From Thermoleophilaceae bacterium (GTDB lineage: Bacteria > Actinomycetota > Thermoleophilia > Solirubrobacterales > Thermoleophilaceae), in contig DASTKX010000032.1 of assembly GCA_035715585.1 (NCBI GenBank), forward strand, positions 2,192 through 66,191: a stretch of 64,000 bases of DNA, read 5' to 3'. Shown in pieces: positions 46,710 through 54,374 of the stretch. Numbering within the stretch: the first letter of the stretch is position 1; each line of letters opens with the position of its first letter. A model generated the notes under the pieces. That model saw only the letters and a program-made list of their open reading frames with translations. It was not told the origin of the DNA and made no database searches. A program made the translations under genes and the position numbers.

Positions 46710-48379
46710 GCAGAGACCTCCGCGAGCGCAGCCGGGCCCAACTCGACGGCCCGGACCGGGCCGCCACGCGCGCCTACCTGAAGGGCATCGGCCACGACGA
46801 CGAGTCGCTGCGCCGGCCGATCATCGGCATCGCCAACACCTGGACCGAGGTGATGCCGTGCAACTTCCACCTGCGCCGGCTCGCCGAGAAGGTCAAGGAG
46901 GGCGTGCGCGCCGCCGGCGGGACGCCGATGGAGTTCAACACCGTCGCCGTGTCCGACGGCATCACGATGGGCACCGAGGGGATGAAGACCTCGCTCGTCA
47001 GCCGCGAGGTGATCGCCGACTCGATCGAGCTCGTCGCGCGCGGCCACCTCTTCGACGGCGTGATCGCGCTGTCCGGCTGCGACAAGACGATTCCCGGCTG
47101 CGTGATGGCCCTAGCGCGGCTCGACCTGCCGAGCATCATGCTCTACGGCGGGTCGATCGCCCCCGGCAACTTCCGCGGTGAGCGCGTCACGATCCAGGAG
47201 GTCTTCGAGGCGGTCGGAGCGCACGCCGCCGGCAAGATCTCCGACGCCGACCTGCACGAGCTCGAGGGAGTCGCCTCGCCGGGCGCCGGCGCCTGCGGCG
47301 GCCAGTTCACTGCCAACACGATGGCGCTCGCCTTCGAGACGCTCGGCATCTCGCCGATGGGCAGCTCGATGGTGCCGGCCGAGGAGGGCAAGAAGGGACA
47401 GGTCGCCGAGGACGTCGGCAAGCTGATCATGGACGTGCTCGAGCGCGATCTGCGCCCCAGCAGGATCATCACGCCGAAGTCGCTCGAGAACGCGATCGCC
47501 GCCGTGGCGATGACCGGCGGCTCGACGAACGCCGTCCTGCACCTGCTCGCGGTCGCCAACGAGGCGGGCGTCGCGCTGGACATCGACGACTTCGACCGCA
47601 TCGCGTCCAAGACGCCGCTGCTCGCCGACCTCAAGCCGTTCGGCACCTACGTCGCTCCCGATCTCTGGCGCGCCGGCGGCATGCCGCTCGTCGCCAAGCG
47701 GCTCGACGAGGCCGGGCTGCTGCACCGCGAGGCGCTCAACGTGACCGGCCTGACGATCGGCGAGGAGGTCGACGCCGCCGAGGAGGCCGAGGGCCAGCCG
47801 GTCGTGCGACCGCTGTCGAACCCGCTCGCGACCAGCGGCGGCTTCGCGATCCTGCGCGGCAACCTCGCGCCCGACGGCTGCGTCGTCAAGCTCGCCGGCC
47901 ACGGCCGCCGCGAGCACCGCGGCCCGGCGCGCGTCTTCGAGTGCGAGGAGGACGCCTTTGCGGCCGTCAAGGCGAGCTCGATCCAACCCGGCGACGTCGT
48001 CGTGATCCGCAACGAGGGCCCCTCCGGTGGCCCTGGGATGCGCGAGATGCTCGCCGTCACCGCGGCGCTGCAGGGCGAGGGTCTCGGCGACTCGGTCGCG
48101 CTGCTGACCGACGGCCGCTTCTCCGGCGCCACGCACGGCTTCATGGCCGGCCACGTCGCCCCCGAGGCGCCGCGCGGCGGTCCGATCGCCGCCGTCCAGG
48201 ACGGCGACACAGTGATCTTCGACGTCGACAAGCGCGAGCTCAACGTCGACCTGCCGGCCGACGAGATCGCCCACCGCGTCGCCGCCTACGAGGCGCCGGC
48301 GCCGAAGTACACGACCGGCGTGCTCGGCAAGTACGCGCGTCACGTCGGCTCAGCCGCCGAGGGCGCGCTGACTTCGTAG
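46706..48379 (+). CDS. ilvD: Dihydroxy-acid dehydratase
   Basis: In-frame GTG at 46706 inside ORF 46316..48379. PIIGIANTW...CNFHL, SGCDKTIPG and LLTDGRFSGATHG motifs. Confidence 0.95.
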   Translation: MSRDLRERSRAQLDGPDRAATRAYLKGIGHDDESLRRPIIGIANTWTEVMPCNFHLRRLAEKVKEGVRAAGGTPMEFNTVAVSDGITMGTEGMKTSLVSREVIADSIELVARGHLFDGVIALSGCDKTIPGCVMALARLDLPSIMLYGGSIAPGNFRGERVTIQEVFEAVGAHAAGKISDADLHELEGVASPGAGACGGQFTANTMALAFETLGISPMGSSMVPAEEGKKGQVAEDVGKLIMDVLERDLRPSRIITPKSLENAIAAVAMTGGSTNAVLHLLAVANEAGVALDIDDFDRIASKTPLLADLKPFGTYVAPDLWRAGGMPLVAKRLDEAGLLHREALNVTGLTIGEEVDAAEEAEGQPVVRPLSNPLATSGGFAILRGNLAPDGCVVKLAGHGRREHRGPARVFECEEDAFAAVKASSIQPGDVVVIRNEGPSGGPGMREMLAVTAALQGEGLGDSVALLTDGRFSGATHGFMAGHVAPEAPRGGPIAAVQDGDTVIFDVDKRELNVDLPADEIAHRVAAYEAPAPKYTTGVLGKYARHVGSAAEGALTS

Positions 48380-48382
48380 CGC

Positions 48383-49375
48383 TTACGCGGCGGTCGCGGA
48401 GTCGCGCTCGAGCTCGTCCGGGCTCACCTCGTAGCTGAGGAACCGCTCCAGCTCGTCGTTGAACGCCACCGGCCGCTCGACCATCGCGACGTGGCCGGTG
48501 TCCTCGAAGACCAGCTTGCGCGCGCCGGGGATCAGCTCGACGTACTTGTTCGCGTCCTCGACCGGGATGATCGCGTCGTCCTCGCCCCAGACGACCAGCG
48601 TCGGGCAGGCGATCTCCGGCAGCCGATCGCGGAAGTCGTAGTCGATGCAGGCGCCGAGCGCGTCGACGAATCCGGGCTTGTTGGCGCCCTTGACGAGCCC
48701 CTCGAACGCGATGTCTGGACGCAGGCGCGTCGGGTGTCGGACGATCAGGCTGAGGATCCAGTGGCGCAGCGCCGGACGCGCCATCTGGCGCCGTCGCTGG
48801 GCTGTCGACGCGCGAGTCGCCAGCGCGAAGATCTTGCCGACGCGCAGAACCTGTGCGACCGACAGCTCGCTCTGGGAGATGCCCGCTGCCGCGACCAGCA
48901 TCAGCCGCTCGACCGCCTCCGGGGCGTCGATCGCCGCCTCCGCCGCGACATAGCCGCCCATCGAGTTGCCGACCAGGACGGCCGGGGCGAGGTCGAGCCG
49001 GTCGCACAGCTCGGCGACGACGCGGCCGTAGTAGTCGATCGAGATCTGCTCGTCCGGCAGCGGTGAGACGCCGAAGCCCGGCAGGTCGAGCGCGACCACG
49101 CGCCGCTGCTCGGCGAAGCGCGGGATGTTCTCGAGCCAGTTCTGCCACTGGCCGCTCAACCCGTGGACGAAGACGATCGGACGGTGGTCGCCCTGCTCGC
49201 CGACGTCGACGTAGTTGACCGGCGTGCCGCCGATCTCCATCGTCTTCAGGTGGCTGGGCCAGTCGATGTCGCGCCAGTTCGGCCGGTCGCTGACCCCGTA
49301 GCCCTCCTCGGCGCGGGCGGCGTCGCGCCGGCGGGCCGGGGGAGGCGGGATGTGCGGGCGCGCCATCTCAGACAC
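48383..49375 (-). CDS. Alpha/beta-fold hydrolase
   Basis: IVFVHGLSGQWQNW and the nucleophile elbow GNSMGG. C-terminal His context DTGHVAMVE. Confidence 0.85.
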   Translation of the reverse strand: MSEMARPHIPPPPARRRDAARAEEGYGVSDRPNWRDIDWPSHLKTMEIGGTPVNYVDVGEQGDHRPIVFVHGLSGQWQNWLENIPRFAEQRRVVALDLPGFGVSPLPDEQISIDYYGRVVAELCDRLDLAPAVLVGNSMGGYVAAEAAIDAPEAVERLMLVAAAGISQSELSVAQVLRVGKIFALATRASTAQRRRQMARPALRHWILSLIVRHPTRLRPDIAFEGLVKGANKPGFVDALGACIDYDFRDRLPEIACPTLVVWGEDDAIIPVEDANKYVELIPGARKLVFEDTGHVAMVERPVAFNDELERFLSYEVSPDELERDSATAA

Positions 49376-49519
49376 AACGTATCCAACGCCTCGAGGAGTG
49401 AACCGTCGGCGCCCGGCGCGCGCAAGGGAGGTTGCAGGACGGGCGACGCCCTATGCGCGGGCCGACACCCTGCTTACACTGAGTGAGTCGGCCCTCCGGG
49501 CCGGAGGGGATCCCACATC

Positions 49520-50551
49520 TTGAAGAGCAAGGCATTCACGTTCGTCGCTGTCCTGGTGGTCCTGCTGATCGCCGGATCGGTGGCGGTCTATGCCTACGAC
49601 TCGTCGCGCAGCGACCGGATCGCCGAGGGAGTGACGGTCGGCGGTGTCGCCGTCGGCGGTCTCAGCGCCGATCAGGCGCGCGTCAAGGTGCGCCGCCAGG
49701 TCGCCCGCGGCCTCAAGCAGCCGATCGCCGTCACCTACGGCAAGACGCGCTTCACGCTCTCCGCGGAGGACGCCGGCGTGCAAGCCGACGTCGGCGGGAT
49801 GGTCGACGACGCCGTCGCCGCGAGCCGCGAAGGCAACGTCTTCGCCCGCGTCTCGCGCGATCTGCGCGGCGGCGAGGAGGACGTCGAGGTCAGCGTCAGC
49901 GCCACCTACTCGCCGCAGGCGGCGAAGCAGCTCGTCGCCCGCGTCGGCGACAAGCTCGACCGCGAGCCCGAGGACGCCACGCTCGACTTCCCGTCGCTCG
50001 ACGCGGTCAAGGAGCAGGACGGCATCGCAGTCAAACGCGGCCAGCTGCGCCAAGACGTCGGCGCCGCGCTGCTGTCGCCCTCAGACCGCACCGTCGAGGC
50101 GCCGGTCAAGACGACCAAGCCGAAGGTCACCCGCGACGAGCTCGCCAAGGAGTACCCGACCGTCATCGTCGCCGACCACGCAAGCTTCCAGCTGCGCGTC
50201 TACAAGAACCTCAAGCTCGCCAAGACCTACACCGTCGCCTTCGGCGCCGCCGGCTACGACACCCCGCGCGGCCTGTTCAACATCCAGAACAAGCAGGTCG
50301 ACCCGGTCTGGAGCGTGCCGAACAGCGACTGGGCCGGCGACCTCGCCGGCACGACGGTTCCCGGCGGAACGCCGGAGAACCCGCTCAAGGCACGCTGGAT
50401 GGGAATCTCCGACGGCGCCGGCATCCACGGGACCGACGACGTCGGATCGCTCGGCAGCGCGGCTTCGCACGGCTGTATCCGGATGGGGATCTCCGACGTG
50501 ATCGACCTCTACGACAGGGTCGAGGTCGGAGACCCGATCTACATCGGCTAG
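49520..50551 (+). CDS. L,D-transpeptidase family protein (YkuD domain) with N-terminal anchor
   Basis: TTG start, TM helix, and the catalytic motif GIHGTDDVGSLGSAASHGCIRM. Confidence 0.85.
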   Translation: MKSKAFTFVAVLVVLLIAGSVAVYAYDSSRSDRIAEGVTVGGVAVGGLSADQARVKVRRQVARGLKQPIAVTYGKTRFTLSAEDAGVQADVGGMVDDAVAASREGNVFARVSRDLRGGEEDVEVSVSATYSPQAAKQLVARVGDKLDREPEDATLDFPSLDAVKEQDGIAVKRGQLRQDVGAALLSPSDRTVEAPVKTTKPKVTRDELAKEYPTVIVADHASFQLRVYKNLKLAKTYTVAFGAAGYDTPRGLFNIQNKQVDPVWSVPNSDWAGDLAGTTVPGGTPENPLKARWMGISDGAGIHGTDDVGSLGSAASHGCIRMGISDVIDLYDRVEVGDPIYIG

Positions 50552-50826
50552 GCGGCGGCCGCAGGGCCGTCAGGGCCTATCTGGTCGACCGGGACCTCGC
50601 TCCAGCCGGCGGCCTCCAAAGAGGCTTGGCGCTCTGTATGCCGAAAGCACAGAGTGCCGATGAAGACGTCACGCTCACGCTTGCGCATGACCGCGTACCA
50701 GAGGGTCGACTCCTCGCCCGGGCCCTGGACCGGATGCCAGGGGGCGACCGGCTTGTCGTCGTCGTCGGTCAATCCGGCGGCGACGAGCTGGGAGCGGGCC
50801 GCGACCCGCCCGTCCTGAGTGTTGAC
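50548..50826 (-). CDS. Hypothetical small protein (start uncertain)
   Basis: ORF 50548..50898. Mostly GC-ending codons. ...DDDDKPVAPWHPVQGPGEESTLWYAVMRKRERDVFIGTLCF... The longest version would overlap the xerC 5' end by 80 nt. Confidence 0.4.
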   Translation of the reverse strand, partial: VNTQDGRVAARSQLVAAGLTDDDDKPVAPWHPVQGPGEESTLWYAVMRKRERDVFIGTLCFRHTERQASLEAAGWSEVPVDQIGPDGPAAAA

Positions 50827-51745
50827 GAAGAACCTCGACACGGCGTCGAACCCTAGTTGGGCACGCTCCCTGCGCGCGTTCGACACCGCCCTGCGCACAC
50901 GCGGCCTCGGCGAGCAGACGCGCCGCGCCTACGGCGCCGACCTCGGCCAGCTCGCCGAATGGGCGAGCGCACAGGGGATCGAGCCGCAGGCCGTCGACAC
51001 CCGCGTCCTGCGCCGCTTCGCCGGCGTGCTGTCGGAGCGCGGCAACTCGCGCTCCACCGTCGCGCGCAAGCTGGCGGCGTTCCGCGCCTTCTACCGCGTG
51101 CTCGTCGAGCGCGGCGACCTCGACGCGAGCCCCGCCGACCTCGTCGCCAGCCCGAAGCGCGACAGCAACCTCCCGACCGTGCTGAGCCGCGGCGAGATCG
51201 ATCAGCTGCTCGACGCGCTGCCGGTCGCGACGCCGCTCGATCTGCGCGACCGCGCGCTGTTCGAGCTCGCCTACGCGTCCGGCCTGCGTGCCGCCGAGCT
51301 GGTCGACCTCGACGTCGAGAGCCTCGACCGCGACGGCGAGCAGCTGCGCGTCGAGGGCAAGGGCGGCAAGACGCGCGTCGTTCCGGCCGGTGAGCACGCC
51401 TGGCGGGCGATCGACGCCTATCTCGAGCGCGGACGGCCCGAGCTGGTGGCCTCAGGCGAGCATCGCGACCGGGCGCTGTTCCTCTCGCGGACCGGCCGCA
51501 GGCTCGCCACGACCGACGTTCGCCGTCGCCTGCGGACCGCTCTGCGCCACGCCGGAGTGCAGGCCGCGGCGTCGCCACACGCGCTCCGGCACTCGTTCGC
51601 CACCCACCTGCTGGACGGCGGCGCCGACCTGCGGTCGATCCAGGAGCTGCTCGGACACAGCTCCCTGAGCACGACCCAAACGTACACTCGGGTAGAGTCG
51701 AAGCGGCTCAGGAAGGCATATGCGCAGGCCCATCCGCGCGCGTGA
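50819..51745 (+). CDS. xerC: Tyrosine recombinase XerC/XerD family
   Basis: TRRAYGADL N-terminal SAM-like domain. Catalytic ...HALRHSFATHLLDGGADLRSIQELLGHSSLSTTQTYTRV. Confidence 0.9.
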   Translation: MLTKNLDTASNPSWARSLRAFDTALRTRGLGEQTRRAYGADLGQLAEWASAQGIEPQAVDTRVLRRFAGVLSERGNSRSTVARKLAAFRAFYRVLVERGDLDASPADLVASPKRDSNLPTVLSRGEIDQLLDALPVATPLDLRDRALFELAYASGLRAAELVDLDVESLDRDGEQLRVEGKGGKTRVVPAGEHAWRAIDAYLERGRPELVASGEHRDRALFLSRTGRRLATTDVRRRLRTALRHAGVQAAASPHALRHSFATHLLDGGADLRSIQELLGHSSLSTTQTYTRVESKRLRKAYAQAHPRA

Positions 51746-51762
51746 GGGGTACTAGGTAAGAG

Positions 51763-52557
51763 GTGGAGACAAACCTCAAAGCGATCGAGCTCAAGGATCT
51801 GTGGAGCCGATACAAGGAAGACGGAGATCAGCAGGCGCGTGAGCGCCTCGTCCTCGCGTACTCGCCGCTCGTCAAGTACGTCGCCGGCCGCATGTCGAGC
51901 GGCCTGCCGGCGCACGTCGAGGAGGCAGACCTCATCTCCTACGGCCTGCTCGGCCTGATCTCGGCGATCGAGCGCTTCGACCTCGAGCGCGAGATCCGCT
52001 TCGAGACCTTCGCGGTGACCCGCATCAAGGGGTCGATCATCGACGAGCTGCGCTCGCTCGACTGGGTCCCGCGCTCGGTCCGAGCGAAGGCGCGTGAGAT
52101 CGAGCAAACCAACGCGAAGCTCGAGAACAAGCTCCAGCGCGCCCCGACCGACGCCGAGATGTCGCAGGCGATGGGCGTGACCGAAGACGAGTTCCAGACG
52201 TCGCTGGTCAAGATCGCCAACTCCTCGGTCGTCGCGCTCGACGAGCTGTGGACGGTCTCGGACTCCTCCGGCGACCAGGTCTCGCTGCTCGACACGATCC
52301 CCGACCCGCACGCCGCCGATCCGGCGCGCGAGCTCGACCTGACGGACATGAAGGACAGCCTCGCCGACGCGATCGCGCGGCTGCCCGAGCGCGAGAAGTT
52401 GGTGATCGCCCTCTACTACTACGAGAACCTGACCCTGCGCGAGATCGGCGAGGTTCTGGGCGTGACCGAGTCGCGGGTCTCGCAGCTGCACACCAAGGCC
52501 GTTCTAAGACTCAAGTCGAAGCTTCAGGGGGACACCCTCGCCGACGTGGTCGACTAG
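51763..52557 (+). CDS. FliA/WhiG family (group 3) RNA polymerase sigma factor
   Basis: Region 2 SYGLLGLISAIERFD...FETFAVTRIKGSIIDELR; region 4 LPEREKLVIALYYYENLTLREIGEVLGVTESRVSQLH. Confidence 0.85.
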   Translation: METNLKAIELKDLWSRYKEDGDQQARERLVLAYSPLVKYVAGRMSSGLPAHVEEADLISYGLLGLISAIERFDLEREIRFETFAVTRIKGSIIDELRSLDWVPRSVRAKAREIEQTNAKLENKLQRAPTDAEMSQAMGVTEDEFQTSLVKIANSSVVALDELWTVSDSSGDQVSLLDTIPDPHAADPARELDLTDMKDSLADAIARLPEREKLVIALYYYENLTLREIGEVLGVTESRVSQLHTKAVLRLKSKLQGDTLADVVD

Positions 52558-52569
52558 CGCGCCTCTCGC

Positions 52570-52911
52570 GTGAGCACGACAGCGAACATCGCGATCGAGC
52601 GGCTCGGGGAGTGGGTCGTCGCGCACGTCGAGGGCGAGCTCGACATGAGCAACTGCAGCTACGTCCGCGACGAGCTGACGCGCTCGATACCCGGCGACGC
52701 CGGCGGGATGGTCATCGACCTCGGCGAGACCGTCTACCTCGACTCCGCCGCGATCGAGCTGCTGTTCGAGCTGGCGCGCCGCCTGGGGCGCCGCCGCCAG
52801 GACCTGCGCATCGCGATGCCCGACGACTCGCCGCTGCGGCGCGTGCTCGAGCTGACCGACGTGCGGGCTGTCGCCCCGGTACATCCGACCGTCGAGGCCG
52901 CGGTCGCGTAG
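52570..52911 (+). CDS. STAS domain protein (anti-sigma-factor antagonist-like)
   Basis: 113 aa. VVAHVEGELDMSN...MVIDLGETVYLDSAAIELL resembles the SpoIIAA/RsbV fold pattern. Confidence 0.7.
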   Translation: MSTTANIAIERLGEWVVAHVEGELDMSNCSYVRDELTRSIPGDAGGMVIDLGETVYLDSAAIELLFELARRLGRRRQDLRIAMPDDSPLRRVLELTDVRAVAPVHPTVEAAVA

Positions 52912-52920
52912 TCGCATGCC

Positions 52921-53712
52921 GTGGCCGTGCCGCCCGCTGTCAGTACCATCGGGCCGGTGAAGAAGGAGCTGCGGCCGTTCCACGACAACGTCTCCTGCGA
53001 CGTCTGCGGTCGGACCATTCTCAAGGGCGAGCGCACCGAGACCTTCCTCGCGCCGGGCGGGCACCGCAACCTGGTCTGCGAGCTCTGCTTCGTGCGCGCC
53101 GAGCACGCCGGCTGGATCCGCGAGTCGGCCGCCGACCAGATCCCGACGCGCGCCGGCCGCCCGCAGGAGCGCCGCCAGATCTTCGGCCGGCTGCGCCGCC
53201 GTCGCGACGTCCCGCTCAACGGCCAGCGCGTCGAGCCCGGGTCGGCCAGTGGCTTCGAGGACCTAGACGCGGCGCCCGAGCTGGACGATCACGCCACGCC
53301 GTTCGACGTCCCGGCCGAGGAGCCCGCCGCGCCGCCGCGCCGCCGCGAGCCGCCGCAGGATCCGCGCCACGTGCGCGCCGTGCCGACGACCGCCGAAGTA
53401 AAGGTCGAGCGGGCGCTCGAGCTGTTCAACGGCTCCGAGCACCAGCGCACCGTCGCCGGCCTGACGCGGACGCTCGGCTTCCCGTGGGCGACGGCGGTGC
53501 CCGACGGCTCGGCGCCGAGCGCGGTGACGCTGGTGGTCGCCTGGGAGCTGTCCTGGTACCGCTACCGGATCGATCTCGGCGACACGGCCGATCCGGTCGC
53601 GCTGCAGGAGAAGGGCGACGAGCTGAACGACATCGACGAGGCGCTGCGGCGCTGGAACGCCGGGCTCGACGAGGAGGGCCGGCTGGTGGTGGAAGGAGGA
53701 GCTGTCTCATGA
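52921..53712 (+). CDS. Hypothetical protein with N-terminal CxxC...CxxC zinc-ribbon-like motif
   Basis: ORF 52921..53712. CDVCGRTILKGE...LVCELCFVRAEHAGW, then a disordered basic/Pro-rich linker and a C-terminal globular region. Confidence 0.6.
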   Translation: MAVPPAVSTIGPVKKELRPFHDNVSCDVCGRTILKGERTETFLAPGGHRNLVCELCFVRAEHAGWIRESAADQIPTRAGRPQERRQIFGRLRRRRDVPLNGQRVEPGSASGFEDLDAAPELDDHATPFDVPAEEPAAPPRRREPPQDPRHVRAVPTTAEVKVERALELFNGSEHQRTVAGLTRTLGFPWATAVPDGSAPSAVTLVVAWELSWYRYRIDLGDTADPVALQEKGDELNDIDEALRRWNAGLDEEGRLVVEGGAVS

Positions 53713-53915
53713 TCTATTGCGTCGTCCCACGAGCGCTGGAGGGCGAGCTGTACGACAAGCTCGTCGAGCACTACAGCGAGGAGCCGAACGTCGAGGTGAT
53801 CGTCGACCGGCGCGCCCAGGGCGGTGAGCCGGGCACCCACGATCCGATGACCGATCGCCGCCGCGTGCGTCCGAAGGGCAGCTTCCCGCCGATCGACGCG
53901 CCGACCGCCGGGTGA
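53709..53915 (+). CDS. Hypothetical small protein (68 aa)
   Basis: ATG at 53709 overlaps the upstream stop (ATGA). MIYCVVPRALEGELYDKLVEHYSEEPNVEVIVDRR... The stop overlaps the RNase HI start. Confidence 0.45.
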   Translation: MIYCVVPRALEGELYDKLVEHYSEEPNVEVIVDRRAQGGEPGTHDPMTDRRRVRPKGSFPPIDAPTAG

Positions 53916-54328
53916 TGGGCAAGGTCGTCGTCAACGTCGACGGCGGCGCCCGCGGCAACCCGGGCCCGGCCGCCGTGGGCGCGGTCGCCGCAGATCCCGA
54001 CGGCAACGTGCTCGCCGAGCGCGGCGCCTACATCGGCGAGACGACCAACAACGTCGCCGAGTACCGCGCGCTGCTGCTCGGGCTCGAGCTGGCACGTGAG
54101 CTGGGCGCCGCCGAGGTAGAGGTCGTCAACGACTCCGAGCTGGTGGCGAAGCAGATCTCGGGCGCCTACCGCGTCAAGCACGCCGGCCTGAAGCCGCTCT
54201 ACCTGGAGTCGATGGAGGCGCTGCGCGGCTTCGATCGCTGGCAGGTTCGCAGCGTCCGGCGCGAGTCGAACACCCGCGCCGACGCGCTCGTCAACGCGGC
54301 GCTCGACGCCGAGCTGCAGGCTCGCTGA
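53912..54328 (+). CDS. rnhA: Ribonuclease HI (type 1 RNase H)
   Basis: The D-E-D-D pattern is readable: VNVDGGARGNPGPAA, NNVAEYRALL, VNDSELV, NTRADALVN. Confidence 0.85.
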   Translation: MMGKVVVNVDGGARGNPGPAAVGAVAADPDGNVLAERGAYIGETTNNVAEYRALLLGLELARELGAAEVEVVNDSELVAKQISGAYRVKHAGLKPLYLESMEALRGFDRWQVRSVRRESNTRADALVNAALDAELQAR

Positions 54329-54374
54329 CGCGCGGCGGCGCGGCCCGCCCGCCCGCCTCACTAATCTCGTTGGG

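Noticed and set aside
49376-49519. c-di-AMP (ydaO-type) riboswitch upstream of the L,D-transpeptidase gene
   Set aside because: Cell-wall enzymes in actinobacteria sometimes carry this leader. However, the 144-nt spacer shows none of the conserved ACGGGGA / CCCGAAC / AGCTAAC-like elements that I remember.
50819-51745. Tyrosine recombinase as a phage or island integrase, with tRNA-Gly (61491..61564) as an integration site
   Set aside because: The recombinase has the XerC/D-type sequence and sits in the conserved dprA...xerC core neighbourhood. It is 10 kb from the tRNA. No attachment-site repeats or phage genes were seen around the tRNA.
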